53,389 nt of DNA from a virus (lineage: Duplodnaviria; Caudoviricetes), in the IMG/VR virus record IMGVR_UViG_3300038315_000297, positions 1-53,389 of that record. One strand, 5' to 3'. Under the pieces are notes generated by a model that ran no database searches, was not told the origin of the DNA, and was given only the letters and a program-made list of their open reading frames with translations. Of this stretch, positions 1 to 9,477 are shown piece by piece (the stretch's first letter is position 1; each line of letters begins with the position of its first letter). Made by a program: the position numbers and the translations under genes.

Positions 1-1
1 A

Positions 2-2617
2 GCTAATAACATAAATAAGCAGGATAAATCACATAGTTCCAAGTGGTATGGAATGATTGATAGAACACTATTTCAAGGAACTGATGAAACATTAGGAGTA
101 AAGACGATTACTGCAGATTTTTATGAAGAGCCTCAAAAGCTTGAAGCACCAGAAGGTATTAGTGTTTGGAATATGTCAAGTGCTGACATGGTTCTTGGAT
201 CAGATAAGAGCTTCTCGTATGGTGATGGAGTAGTTGCTACTACTGGTGGTGCATACTCTACTACTACTGGGCTTTTAATACGGGGAAATACTACTGTAGA
301 TGGCAGATCAAATGGATTTAACCATGGTGATACTGTTAGCTCCTTTATAGAAAAAGCAGTGGTAAGGGTATCAATTTTGGCTAAGAAATCAAATGAGGTT
401 AATTCAGGAGATTTAAATTTTGAAATACTTGTTACAGCAGGTGAAATGGATGGAGCAGAGTCGTTTGTAACGGATAATAGCCAGATTGTTAAAGAGACTG
501 GAACTGGTGACGGAAAACAAACGATAGATATAGAAGTTCCACTCAATTTGCGATCTCATGATGGCGGTGGATCAGGTTCTTCTTATGAGACAAAGATATG
601 GGGAGTGAAAATATCATATAATACAAATAACACATCCGCTCAGATAGATTCGATCTACATTGTCCCTAATGGTATTACATTTGTACAGAGAACTACTGGA
701 GACGATGCATGGGATATGCCTTCATATACACAGGCTACAAGGAATAGTGTATTTCTTGGTGCAAAGTTTCAAACTGATGATGCCGCTCATGACGGAAGTG
801 AAGGAGCTTATGGATGGGACAAGACATGGAATATGGGAGTATCATTCTTATATGATGACTTTGGACCCTTACAACAAGAAAGTCTTATTACTCAAATGGG
901 TAACTCAGCTAGACCAGATTTGAAAGCAGTAGGTCCAGGTAATTTTGGGACTGGAGAGGATAAGGCTCCTACTATGTATCTAGGACTCAGATGGCGTGAT
1001 GATGGTGATTCTATTTGGAATAGAAGAATTACAGGAGCAAGAATTTATATGAAGACTGAGGATGATAGAGAATGGCATCCACAGGCTACCTGTAATTTTG
1101 TAGATGGTACGATAGCGTCAGCTTCTACGGGTAGGAAACAAAAAGCTAAGTTTGTAAATGAGGACTCTGGTATGGCTAGTGGCGTCTCAGGGTGGATATT
1201 CCATTTAGATAGAAGGAATCTCTTAACTCCACACTTAATTGATACTTATAGAAGTATGACTGGGTATGATGATGAACAAGATTTTATTAATCCTAATTAC
1301 GGATCATCAGTTGTTGTTGGTCGTACAGTTTATATAGGAAATCTTAGAGTAAAGGGTGCAAAGGGTAAAGATTTGGTGCTTCCAGATACAATGCTCAAAT
1401 GTGTTCCCAATAGATTTGACACTTTTCCATCCAAGAGGAAGGTAGATGTTGCTATAAGGGATGGAGAATCAATAGTAACTCTCATGGAGTTTGCTGATAG
1501 AGTTCTTCAGTTCAAAGAGAGTACGTTATTTATTATTAATGTTTCTGGTGATTCAGAGTTTCTTGAGGATGTTCATCACTTTAAAGGGGTAAAACATCCA
1601 GGCTCTGTATGTAAGACTGCATTTGGAATATTTTGGGTGAATGAATTTGGTGCGTATCTATATGATGGTAGAAATATTACAGACCTGACTGAGCCTAAGG
1701 GAATGAGAAAGATCAAGCAGACTACGTGGGCTACATTTATTACAGGCAATTCTACTGTGTGTTATGTTCCCAAGAGAAAGCAAGTCATTGTAGTTTCTGA
1801 TGCTGACGCAGCTGGCCAACATGAAATATATGTATATAACTTTACTACCCAAGGATGGGTAAGAGGTGTTAATAGAATAGGAAGCGGAGATATAACTAAT
1901 ATGGTTATTGACTGGAATGGTGATCCGTGCTGGAGTAATGGAAGTGATTTAAAATCTTGGGATTTAAACACAGGAAAATCACTAAAGACTGCATTAACAA
2001 CAAGAGATATTGACTTTGGAGAACCTGGTGTTACTAAGAAGGTTACAAAAGTTCTTCTTACATATAAGACTGGTATTGGAGATGCGTTTACACAAACAGG
2101 AAATACTACCAACGGAGATGCAACTGTGGTAGTAGGTTCTAATCCTGGCACTGGGGCTTTTAATGTTGGGATGGCTGTTTCAGGGACGGGAATACCTACG
2201 GGAGCAACAATACTTTCTATTGCATCTCAACAGTTTGAACTAAGTGTTAATGCAACTGCGACATCTGGTAACAATGGTGAAACACTTACATTTACCAATC
2301 AAGGTCATTCTAATATGGTTATAAATTATGCAATAAATGGAATTACTGATGTATATAGTGGAACATTTTTAGATACGAGTCATAATTACGCAGCTGCAAC
2401 TGGGTTGGTTCAGTCTACAAATTGGACTGTAGCCGAATTACTCCCATCAAGTACCATTGATGCAAATAAAATATATTCAATGCAGTTAAAGTTTTCTGTT
2501 AGATCGTCCACTCCAGTTTCTTATACACCACCTGGGTTTGCCATTAACGATATATCACTTATATATAGACCTAAACCTATAACAAATGCTGTCATAGTAC
2601 AGTTAGTCCCTGATTAA
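2..2617 (+). CDS. Tail tubular/nozzle (stabilisation) protein, 5'-truncated
   Basis: The frame of ORF 53..2617 is open back to base 2, so the gene starts outside the window. The C-terminal half has beta-propeller-like podovirus tail-tube features (GVKHPGSVCKTAFGIFWVNEFGAYLYDGRNITDL; LTTRDIDFGEPGVTKKVTKVLLTYK; GFAINDISLIYR). It lies just upstream of the ejection cluster. Confidence 0.65.
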   Translation, partial: ANNINKQDKSHSSKWYGMIDRTLFQGTDETLGVKTITADFYEEPQKLEAPEGISVWNMSSADMVLGSDKSFSYGDGVVATTGGAYSTTTGLLIRGNTTVDGRSNGFNHGDTVSSFIEKAVVRVSILAKKSNEVNSGDLNFEILVTAGEMDGAESFVTDNSQIVKETGTGDGKQTIDIEVPLNLRSHDGGGSGSSYETKIWGVKISYNTNNTSAQIDSIYIVPNGITFVQRTTGDDAWDMPSYTQATRNSVFLGAKFQTDDAAHDGSEGAYGWDKTWNMGVSFLYDDFGPLQQESLITQMGNSARPDLKAVGPGNFGTGEDKAPTMYLGLRWRDDGDSIWNRRITGARIYMKTEDDREWHPQATCNFVDGTIASASTGRKQKAKFVNEDSGMASGVSGWIFHLDRRNLLTPHLIDTYRSMTGYDDEQDFINPNYGSSVVVGRTVYIGNLRVKGAKGKDLVLPDTMLKCVPNRFDTFPSKRKVDVAIRDGESIVTLMEFADRVLQFKESTLFIINVSGDSEFLEDVHHFKGVKHPGSVCKTAFGIFWVNEFGAYLYDGRNITDLTEPKGMRKIKQTTWATFITGNSTVCYVPKRKQVIVVSDADAAGQHEIYVYNFTTQGWVRGVNRIGSGDITNMVIDWNGDPCWSNGSDLKSWDLNTGKSLKTALTTRDIDFGEPGVTKKVTKVLLTYKTGIGDAFTQTGNTTNGDATVVVGSNPGTGAFNVGMAVSGTGIPTGATILSIASQQFELSVNATATSGNNGETLTFTNQGHSNMVINYAINGITDVYSGTFLDTSHNYAAATGLVQSTNWTVAELLPSSTIDANKIYSMQLKFSVRSSTPVSYTPPGFAINDISLIYRPKPITNAVIVQLVPD

Positions 2618-2619
2618 TC

Positions 2620-5328
2620 ATGCCTAGAAACGAACGAGCATTACAACATAAAACAGAACCTAGACTTGAGTTCTTTCGTGGGATACCATCAGATAAAGAA
2701 GGTCAAGATGGAGACAAGAGGTTCTGTTACATCCCAGATAAGGGATTATATCACTATGTAAGGTATTTAGGTAAGTGGATGTCTAGCCCCGTATATGAAG
2801 AGACTTTAGGAAAATTGAATAAGAGTGGTTTAAATACAGAGAACGTGTCTTCTGACCATGATATAAGACTGAGACCAGCTAGAAACGTAGAGATTAAAGA
2901 GAAGAAAGATATAGGCACTGGAGACTTCACTGCTGGGTTTGTTAGCGGTGCTGGTTGGCGACTACGGCATGTAGACAATGAGTACAATATGGAAGTAGAT
3001 AGCATGACAGTACGTGGTACTCTCCATGTATACGAAATGCTTATTCAACAGTTGAGAGCTACTAATGGTACTGTAGTTGTATCGTCAGCAGCTAAGACAG
3101 AATCTGCAACTTCTAGCACTATTACTTTTGATGACCCTTCAGGTCATGGAGTGTGCCCATTTGCGGATAATGATATTATTATGTGTCAGAGGGTGAATCT
3201 AAATAGTACTACAGTTGTTAAAAGAATTGTAAGAAGAGTAACTGATGTTAATGGTAAAACTGTAACTATTACAAGAGATGGTGACCTCCCATCTGATACG
3301 TTAACTATTGAAAAGGGTGATGACTTTGTAAGAATTGGTAATACTACTAATACTGATAGACGGGGTGGAGTTCTTATTACATCTGATCTAGCTAATGCTC
3401 CCTTCATAGAGATATTTGATGGAGTGAGTAGCTGGAGTACGTGGCAAGGTACATCAAAGATTAAAGCAAGACTGGGGCAGCTGAGTGGTATTGTTGATTC
3501 AGATGCAAACCTTAATGATGATACAAAGTTTGGATTATATACTAATGATGTAAACCTAAAGGGACATCTTTTCTCACAATCTGGTGAGATAGCAGGGTGG
3601 ACGTTGGGGGCCACATCATTATCTAAAAATAGTGCTACACTATCCTCAAGTGGTGTATTAACACTAGGAAGTGGAGATGCAATCGTTAAGCTGAGTGCTG
3701 TTGATGATTATTATAGAATATGGGCTGGAAACGCTGATCCTTCTGGGGCTGATTTTAAGGTGCATAAGGATGGCACTCTCACAGCTACTGGCGCAACTAT
3801 ATCAGGGGCTATTACATTAACAAATAGCATATCATCTTCTAATATTTCTGATGTAAGTGCTTATACAACGAATCAAGATAAACAGAAACTTAGTACACTG
3901 GTAGGTGATTCACCTACTGGCTCTGGGTTATTTATGACATCATCTTATCTTGGATATTATCAAAATAGCGAATGGACAAGTTATCTTGGTAGTAATGGTG
4001 ACTTTTTCTTAGCTAAAGATAATGGGGCTGGTGGTACAGGAGGTCTTTCTTGGGACTCTAGCGCAGGTAACCTCACAATATCTGGCTCTATAACTGTTTT
4101 AGGTGGAAATGCAGAAACTACAACAGGTTCTCAGACTAAGGCAACTGCCGCTCAAGTGGCGGCAATATCCGCAGCGGCTGGTGATGCCACTACAAAAGCT
4201 GACGCAGCTGAAGCTTCTGCTGAGGCCGCTTCTCTTAGTAAGGCTACATATCTTTCAAGTGGAGTAACTACTATTGATGGTGGAAACATTACAGCTGACA
4301 CTGTCACAGCGGGTGCAATTCTTGTTAATGCCGCCTTAATTGGTAATTTGTTTGCTGAAGAAGCTACAATAGGAGCAAGTGGATTTATTCAGTCCAGTAA
4401 CTTTAGTGCTGGTAGTGCTGGATTTAAAATACACGGGAACGGCACAGCAGAGTTTGATAGTGTAACAGTTAGGTCAGGTTCAGCAGGATGGAATTTACAA
4501 ACTGACGGAACAGCATTTCTTGGTAACAATCGTGTTAAGGCACATACTGATGGGAATCTTAGTATACATGGAGATGAAGATGGAACAACAGCCCTAGTCT
4601 TTTATCCTGGCACAGATGATCCACCAGATCACACTGGCACTAGCTGGAATATATTTCGTGATGATACCAATGACTTTGGGATCAGTTATTCGGGAAATAC
4701 TAAGATGTTATTTAGCACTGACAAGGTAGAGATAGGTTCTGGTAACAAGTTATTTTTGGGAGTAGGTGCTGACGCAGATACAGGATTTAGGAGAAATAGT
4801 GGTAGTTTAGACTTTTATGCAAATGATTCTATAAATACGAAAATGACACTAGATACAAGTGGCAATATTTCTCTAGCAGGTGGAAGTATAAGTGGAGTAG
4901 AAGGAATTACATTTTCAAGTGCTGTTAATAATGGAAAGGGTATAACAAATGTGACAGATACGGGCCCTTGTCATAGTAACGTAGTCTATTCTGTGGCAAG
5001 TGCTGATGCTTCTAATGTGTGTGTAATAACATTTAATAATGCTAGTTGGGGTACTGTTGTAGTAGAAATGGTTATAGCTCGTTCCACAGGCTCAACAGGT
5101 GGCACAATACTTGATGTTATTAAAGGATATAGTGGTGCCAATCCTACAGTTGCAAGTACCGATACACAAGGAAATGACCAGACTGCTTATCGTGAGTGGG
5201 CTTTTAGCACTGGATCAGCAACCTTGAAACTCAAATCTTCGGGTACCACTAATACAACAACAGCTATGATAAAATTAGTATCTTCTAATAGACCAGCTAA
5301 TAGTGATATAACGGTAGCATGGAGTTAA
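2620..5328 (+). CDS. Tail fibre/spike-like structural protein
   Basis: 902 aa, rich in G/S/T. It has an MEVDSMTVRGTLHVYEMLIQQLRATNG module and repeated beta-rich fibre motifs (SGEIAGWTL, FKVHKDGTLTATGATISG, TTIDGGNITADTVTA, SSNFSAGSAGFKI). Confidence 0.65.
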   Translation: MPRNERALQHKTEPRLEFFRGIPSDKEGQDGDKRFCYIPDKGLYHYVRYLGKWMSSPVYEETLGKLNKSGLNTENVSSDHDIRLRPARNVEIKEKKDIGTGDFTAGFVSGAGWRLRHVDNEYNMEVDSMTVRGTLHVYEMLIQQLRATNGTVVVSSAAKTESATSSTITFDDPSGHGVCPFADNDIIMCQRVNLNSTTVVKRIVRRVTDVNGKTVTITRDGDLPSDTLTIEKGDDFVRIGNTTNTDRRGGVLITSDLANAPFIEIFDGVSSWSTWQGTSKIKARLGQLSGIVDSDANLNDDTKFGLYTNDVNLKGHLFSQSGEIAGWTLGATSLSKNSATLSSSGVLTLGSGDAIVKLSAVDDYYRIWAGNADPSGADFKVHKDGTLTATGATISGAITLTNSISSSNISDVSAYTTNQDKQKLSTLVGDSPTGSGLFMTSSYLGYYQNSEWTSYLGSNGDFFLAKDNGAGGTGGLSWDSSAGNLTISGSITVLGGNAETTTGSQTKATAAQVAAISAAAGDATTKADAAEASAEAASLSKATYLSSGVTTIDGGNITADTVTAGAILVNAALIGNLFAEEATIGASGFIQSSNFSAGSAGFKIHGNGTAEFDSVTVRSGSAGWNLQTDGTAFLGNNRVKAHTDGNLSIHGDEDGTTALVFYPGTDDPPDHTGTSWNIFRDDTNDFGISYSGNTKMLFSTDKVEIGSGNKLFLGVGADADTGFRRNSGSLDFYANDSINTKMTLDTSGNISLAGGSISGVEGITFSSAVNNGKGITNVTDTGPCHSNVVYSVASADASNVCVITFNNASWGTVVVEMVIARSTGSTGGTILDVIKGYSGANPTVASTDTQGNDQTAYREWAFSTGSATLKLKSSGTTNTTTAMIKLVSSNRPANSDITVAWS

Positions 5329-5336
5329 AGCAGAGG

Positions 5337-5365
5337 TTGAAGAATTAAAGAGTAATGGTTAAATT
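5337..5365 (+). promoter_or_regulatory. Putative sigma70-like promoter for the ejection-protein operon
   Basis: TTGAAG-N17-TAAATT in the intergenic gap, followed by an SD (GGGAG) and ATG at 5384. Confidence 0.45.
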
Positions 5366-5383
5366 ATCTTGGGAGTTAATATA

Positions 5384-6163
5384 ATGGCTAGTTCAGCAGA
5401 AAAACTATTTAGATTACAAGCAAAAGGTATCTCAGCTAAGAAAAAGCTTGAGAAACAATCCACAGCTGCAGGTAAAAAGGCAAAGAAATGGGGTATGTGG
5501 GGAAACATAGGAAGGGGACTAGGTACGATAGTAGGTGGAATGGCTGCTGCCGCATTTGTGCCAGGCTTAGCAGCTGGAGCAGGAGTCTCTGGGTTGTTAG
5601 GAATGATGGGTAAGAAAGCCCTTATAACAGGACTTACTACGGCAGTAGGTGGAAAGCTTGCTCAAGGAGCTGGTGTTGGAATAGCGTCTGGAAAGACAGG
5701 AGCTGGAGCTGCTAAGAAATGGATGCAAAGTGACCTAACATATAAAGGCCCTCTTTATAAAGGATCACAGGCTGGAGTAAAATCAGATATTGCTGATATG
5801 TATTCTGGTGGATTAAAGGCAGGTAGGGATCAATCTTTGATGGCGGGTGCGATGGCAGGATTAGCAGCTGGAGCAAAGACAATTGCTGGTAGTCCTACAT
5901 TTAAGAAGGCAATTGGTAAAGATTCTATGTCGTGGGATAAATTAACGGGGCCAACAGAGACACCAAAAATAAAAGCTCTCAACAAAGTACCAGCCCCTCA
6001 AGTGTCGCGTCTTGAATTACCTAATACAGATAAATTTGCAAGCTTAGGATCAGACCAGTCTTCATTTCAATTTTCAGATCAATTTAAATCGATTGTAAAA
6101 GCAGGGAAAAAGAGACAATTCAAGGAGGCAGCTTCAGCTTGGCAGGGTGGTAGCATAGGATAA
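5384..6163 (+). CDS. Putative internal virion / DNA ejection (pilot) protein
   Basis: G/A-rich hydrophobic stretches (GLGTIVGGMAAAAFVPGLAAGAGVSGLLG) and basic. ATG 5384 with SD GGGAG is preferred over TTG 5369. The position after the tail genes is typical of podovirus ejection proteins. Confidence 0.55.
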   Translation: MASSAEKLFRLQAKGISAKKKLEKQSTAAGKKAKKWGMWGNIGRGLGTIVGGMAAAAFVPGLAAGAGVSGLLGMMGKKALITGLTTAVGGKLAQGAGVGIASGKTGAGAAKKWMQSDLTYKGPLYKGSQAGVKSDIADMYSGGLKAGRDQSLMAGAMAGLAAGAKTIAGSPTFKKAIGKDSMSWDKLTGPTETPKIKALNKVPAPQVSRLELPNTDKFASLGSDQSSFQFSDQFKSIVKAGKKRQFKEAASAWQGGSIG

Positions 6164-6166
6164 ATT

Positions 6167-6730
6167 ATGGCATACGGAGATTATTGGAAAACAAAGTCAG
6201 GACAAGGTGGTGAAGACTGGTCTGGGCAGGGATGGACAGGTGGTACTTATAATCCCCAGCAAAGTCAAGGATCATTTGATATGTACTCCGCTAGTCAATC
6301 ACAATTGGCGGGTCATTATGGTATAAGCTCTGAAATGTCAGAGTTCCTACCAACATACGCAGAGGAGTATGGACAAAGAGAGGAGTTACTTGGAAGAAGG
6401 GAGGCCGCTGGAACAGAGAGTTTGTATGCGGGAGCAGAAACACAAGCAGGTGGACTCATGGCAAGTACGGGAACGAGTCTATTTGACTTAGCTGAGCAAG
6501 AACGTGGTATGGTTGCACAAAGGGGTATGAAAACAGGAAGAAGGTCTGGACAGGCTGGTAATATTTATAATCAATACATGGCTAGTATGCAAGGGGCAGC
6601 ATCTCAGAGAACTGGTGGATTACAAGAGATGGGATTCGCAGGTGAAGAAGAGAGACTTGGATACGAGTCTGGGTTTAGAAGTAACTTGTTTGATATGATG
6701 TTAAGATTAAAACAGATGGAAGAAGACTAA
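6167..6730 (+). CDS. Putative internal virion / ejection protein
   Basis: 187 aa, G/Q/S-rich and helical, tightly coupled within the ejection cluster. Confidence 0.5.
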   Translation: MAYGDYWKTKSGQGGEDWSGQGWTGGTYNPQQSQGSFDMYSASQSQLAGHYGISSEMSEFLPTYAEEYGQREELLGRREAAGTESLYAGAETQAGGLMASTGTSLFDLAEQERGMVAQRGMKTGRRSGQAGNIYNQYMASMQGAASQRTGGLQEMGFAGEEERLGYESGFRSNLFDMMLRLKQMEED

Positions 6731-9474
6731 TGGCTTATATAGGCGAACAACAGTTTAGACAGCAGCAAGGAGGAGGGTTTGATCCTTATAAACTCCTATC
6801 CATTATGGCTCTTCTTAATAGAATGGGAGGAACTCAACAAACAGGGGTCACTGATGCTAGTGCGCTATTAACAGGATTAGGTCAGTTGAATGCTGATAGT
6901 CCTCCAGAGCTAGCAGACGAATTAATAAATAGAGCTAAAGATTATGATTGGGGAGAAAATGATGGAATGGAGAATTTAGCGGATATAGTAATCGATAAAT
7001 ATACCGCTGGCGCAGAACAGAGAAATGTCCTATTGACTAAGCTAAAAGATTTAGATGCGGTGGGAAATGTAGTGGAGAAAGCGGCGCAGACAGGCAATCC
7101 ATTCACTTCAGAAGAACGCAACTCTCTAATGAAGTCTATAGATTGGATAGAAAAAAATGAACTTGTTATAGACGATTTTGGTGGAAAGATGTTGAATCAG
7201 AAAATGGATAATTATCTCTCTGGATTCCAATTAGGACTGGAGATGGAACATGCGGTAGATATATTGGGCAAGGTTCGTGACCCCAGAAAAGAGACATTGC
7301 TGAATATTTTTAAGAAGGGTGGTGATCTAATGACTCCTGATGTTCCATTCGGCCCTGGGTCAGGTTTTGTTCTTCCTGGGGGAGATGAGGCAGAAAAGTA
7401 CTTAGCTGAAATTAAAATAAATGAGATTGCATCAAAGATACCAATTATAACGAAATCAGATAAGATTTCTAGTGATGTTGATTGGCTTCGGAGAGATTTA
7501 AAGTTTACAAAAGAAGGTCTTGAATTTGAGGGAGAGGTACTTCCTGATGATTTTGTTGAAAATTCTTTAAAAGGAGAATGGTTTCCTGCTCTTAGAAAGA
7601 GCATCGAAGAAGTTGAAAGAGAAATGGCAAAAAGTACTGATTTGTGGGATGGGCCATCTGGAACTTTTGTAAAGAGAATAAATCTAGATAATCAACAAAC
7701 GATGGATGCCTTAAATGTTGTTATGAGAGATATTAGTGGAGGGAAAGAACATCTTGCAATCATGTGGAATGAAGGAGCAGAGCCCTCTTCTATCCTTGCT
7801 GTAAATCAAGCATGGCACATGCCAAGTGCTCAAAGAGGTGGTGGGGGAGCAACTGACGAACAAAGAATGAAGCGAGTCGGTGATATGGTTAGAGCGCATT
7901 CAGAATTATATAAAAACACTATAACACAAACTCTAAGCGTTATTCCTGGTATGAAAGATGATATGGAAAGGATGGCTACTTGGGGTATATCTGGAAATCC
8001 AACATTTGAAATCCTCGGGAATCAAAGAAATCTGTCTGCTGTAGCAACTGTAAAGATGCTTGATGCAAATGGTGGCCTTAAAAAGCTAGGAGCTGGAGCC
8101 TGGTCTATGAATAAGGAGACAGGTGAACCTGTAAATGTAAAAAAACTAATTGAATCTGCTATACTTGGTAATAAAATGGCAGCTAATGAAATAATGAATA
8201 AATGGTATAATCTATATGTACATCAGGGTGGTGCCGCAGCGGGAGAGTGGAGAACTGATGTGAGCATGCAACGATATGACGAGGGAGTACCACAGTATAA
8301 TTATGTAGCAAATATAGACCTTTCATGGGCGCCAAAAAATATGGGTGACAATAAGAAAAATGCGTTAAAGGCGTATGTAGATTATTGGAAGTTCCATGAT
8401 GATATGATGAAATATCCGTGGGGTTCCATACATGATTATCTAGGCGGTGTATTTCCTGGGCAGTCAGAAAGAAATGTACGAAATGCACTAGATAATATTG
8501 ATCCAGCGACACTCTTAGAAGACACTCAATCTTTGTCTATGGAAAGGATTAGGGAGAGGTTCCCTGTAAAGTCAGACGCAATTGATAATTCTATTTCTAT
8601 GATTTCTTCTGTCAGTGATTCTAGTGTTGCCCCACCAGGCCCACTAGACAGTGTAATGGACAGTCTAACAACAGCCTTTTCTTCATCTCCTTTAGATTCC
8701 CTTTCTTCTTCATTAGATACATTAGAAGCTCAACCTGATTCTATGTATGCTCTGCAGGCAGAGCCAACTATGGAAGAAAGAATAGCGGAATACGAACAGA
8801 TAAAGAGTGACGCTCCCCTACTTGGCCCAGGTTCTAATGTTCGACATCTTGATCCTAGATTAGAGTATGATATGACTACAATGGAAATGACTAAAAAAGA
8901 TAGTGCTTACATTAAGAATACGACACAGGAAATGCTGGCTAGCCCTACAGCAATGAATGAAAAAGAAATAAAGAAGATGCTTACAGATGATTTGATGGAT
9001 CAGAAACAAATGTATCAATATAGGATGGACGCTGGCCCCAGATTAGACGAAGCTCTCTCTAAACTTGACAGAGAATCTAGGGCTATGGCATATGCACAAC
9101 GAGATGTATCTAACCAGCGCCTCAGTCTTGAAAATTTAGAAGAAGTTTCGGACATAAGTAATCCTCAAAATATGAAAGATGTTGTGAGGTTTGCAAAAAG
9201 GGACTTAAAAGAAGCTAGAAAATGGTTTTTAGAAGTTAAAGATATACCTGGCGCTAGAGATGCTCCCTATGCATATGCAAATCAGCTCTTACAGCTTTCC
9301 AAGTCTATAGAAAGAATGAGAGATATTGATATGAATCCAGCGGTAGCAAAGGAATTTAAAAAACTTATGAAAGTGTTAACATCGCATACAAAGAACTTAT
9401 CACCCGAGATAGTAGAATTAATAGAGAGTCTTCGATCACTTCCATCTGGTGGCATAACAGCTTCATCTTCTTAA
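6730..9474 (+). CDS. Putative large internal virion / ejection protein
   Basis: 914 aa and predicted helical, with an S/D-rich linker at about 8580-8740. TAATG coupling to the upstream gene. No catalytic motif recognised. Confidence 0.5.
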   Translation: MAYIGEQQFRQQQGGGFDPYKLLSIMALLNRMGGTQQTGVTDASALLTGLGQLNADSPPELADELINRAKDYDWGENDGMENLADIVIDKYTAGAEQRNVLLTKLKDLDAVGNVVEKAAQTGNPFTSEERNSLMKSIDWIEKNELVIDDFGGKMLNQKMDNYLSGFQLGLEMEHAVDILGKVRDPRKETLLNIFKKGGDLMTPDVPFGPGSGFVLPGGDEAEKYLAEIKINEIASKIPIITKSDKISSDVDWLRRDLKFTKEGLEFEGEVLPDDFVENSLKGEWFPALRKSIEEVEREMAKSTDLWDGPSGTFVKRINLDNQQTMDALNVVMRDISGGKEHLAIMWNEGAEPSSILAVNQAWHMPSAQRGGGGATDEQRMKRVGDMVRAHSELYKNTITQTLSVIPGMKDDMERMATWGISGNPTFEILGNQRNLSAVATVKMLDANGGLKKLGAGAWSMNKETGEPVNVKKLIESAILGNKMAANEIMNKWYNLYVHQGGAAAGEWRTDVSMQRYDEGVPQYNYVANIDLSWAPKNMGDNKKNALKAYVDYWKFHDDMMKYPWGSIHDYLGGVFPGQSERNVRNALDNIDPATLLEDTQSLSMERIRERFPVKSDAIDNSISMISSVSDSSVAPPGPLDSVMDSLTTAFSSSPLDSLSSSLDTLEAQPDSMYALQAEPTMEERIAEYEQIKSDAPLLGPGSNVRHLDPRLEYDMTTMEMTKKDSAYIKNTTQEMLASPTAMNEKEIKKMLTDDLMDQKQMYQYRMDAGPRLDEALSKLDRESRAMAYAQRDVSNQRLSLENLEEVSDISNPQNMKDVVRFAKRDLKEARKWFLEVKDIPGARDAPYAYANQLLQLSKSIERMRDIDMNPAVAKEFKKLMKVLTSHTKNLSPEIVELIESLRSLPSGGITASSS

Positions 9475-9477
9475 TGT

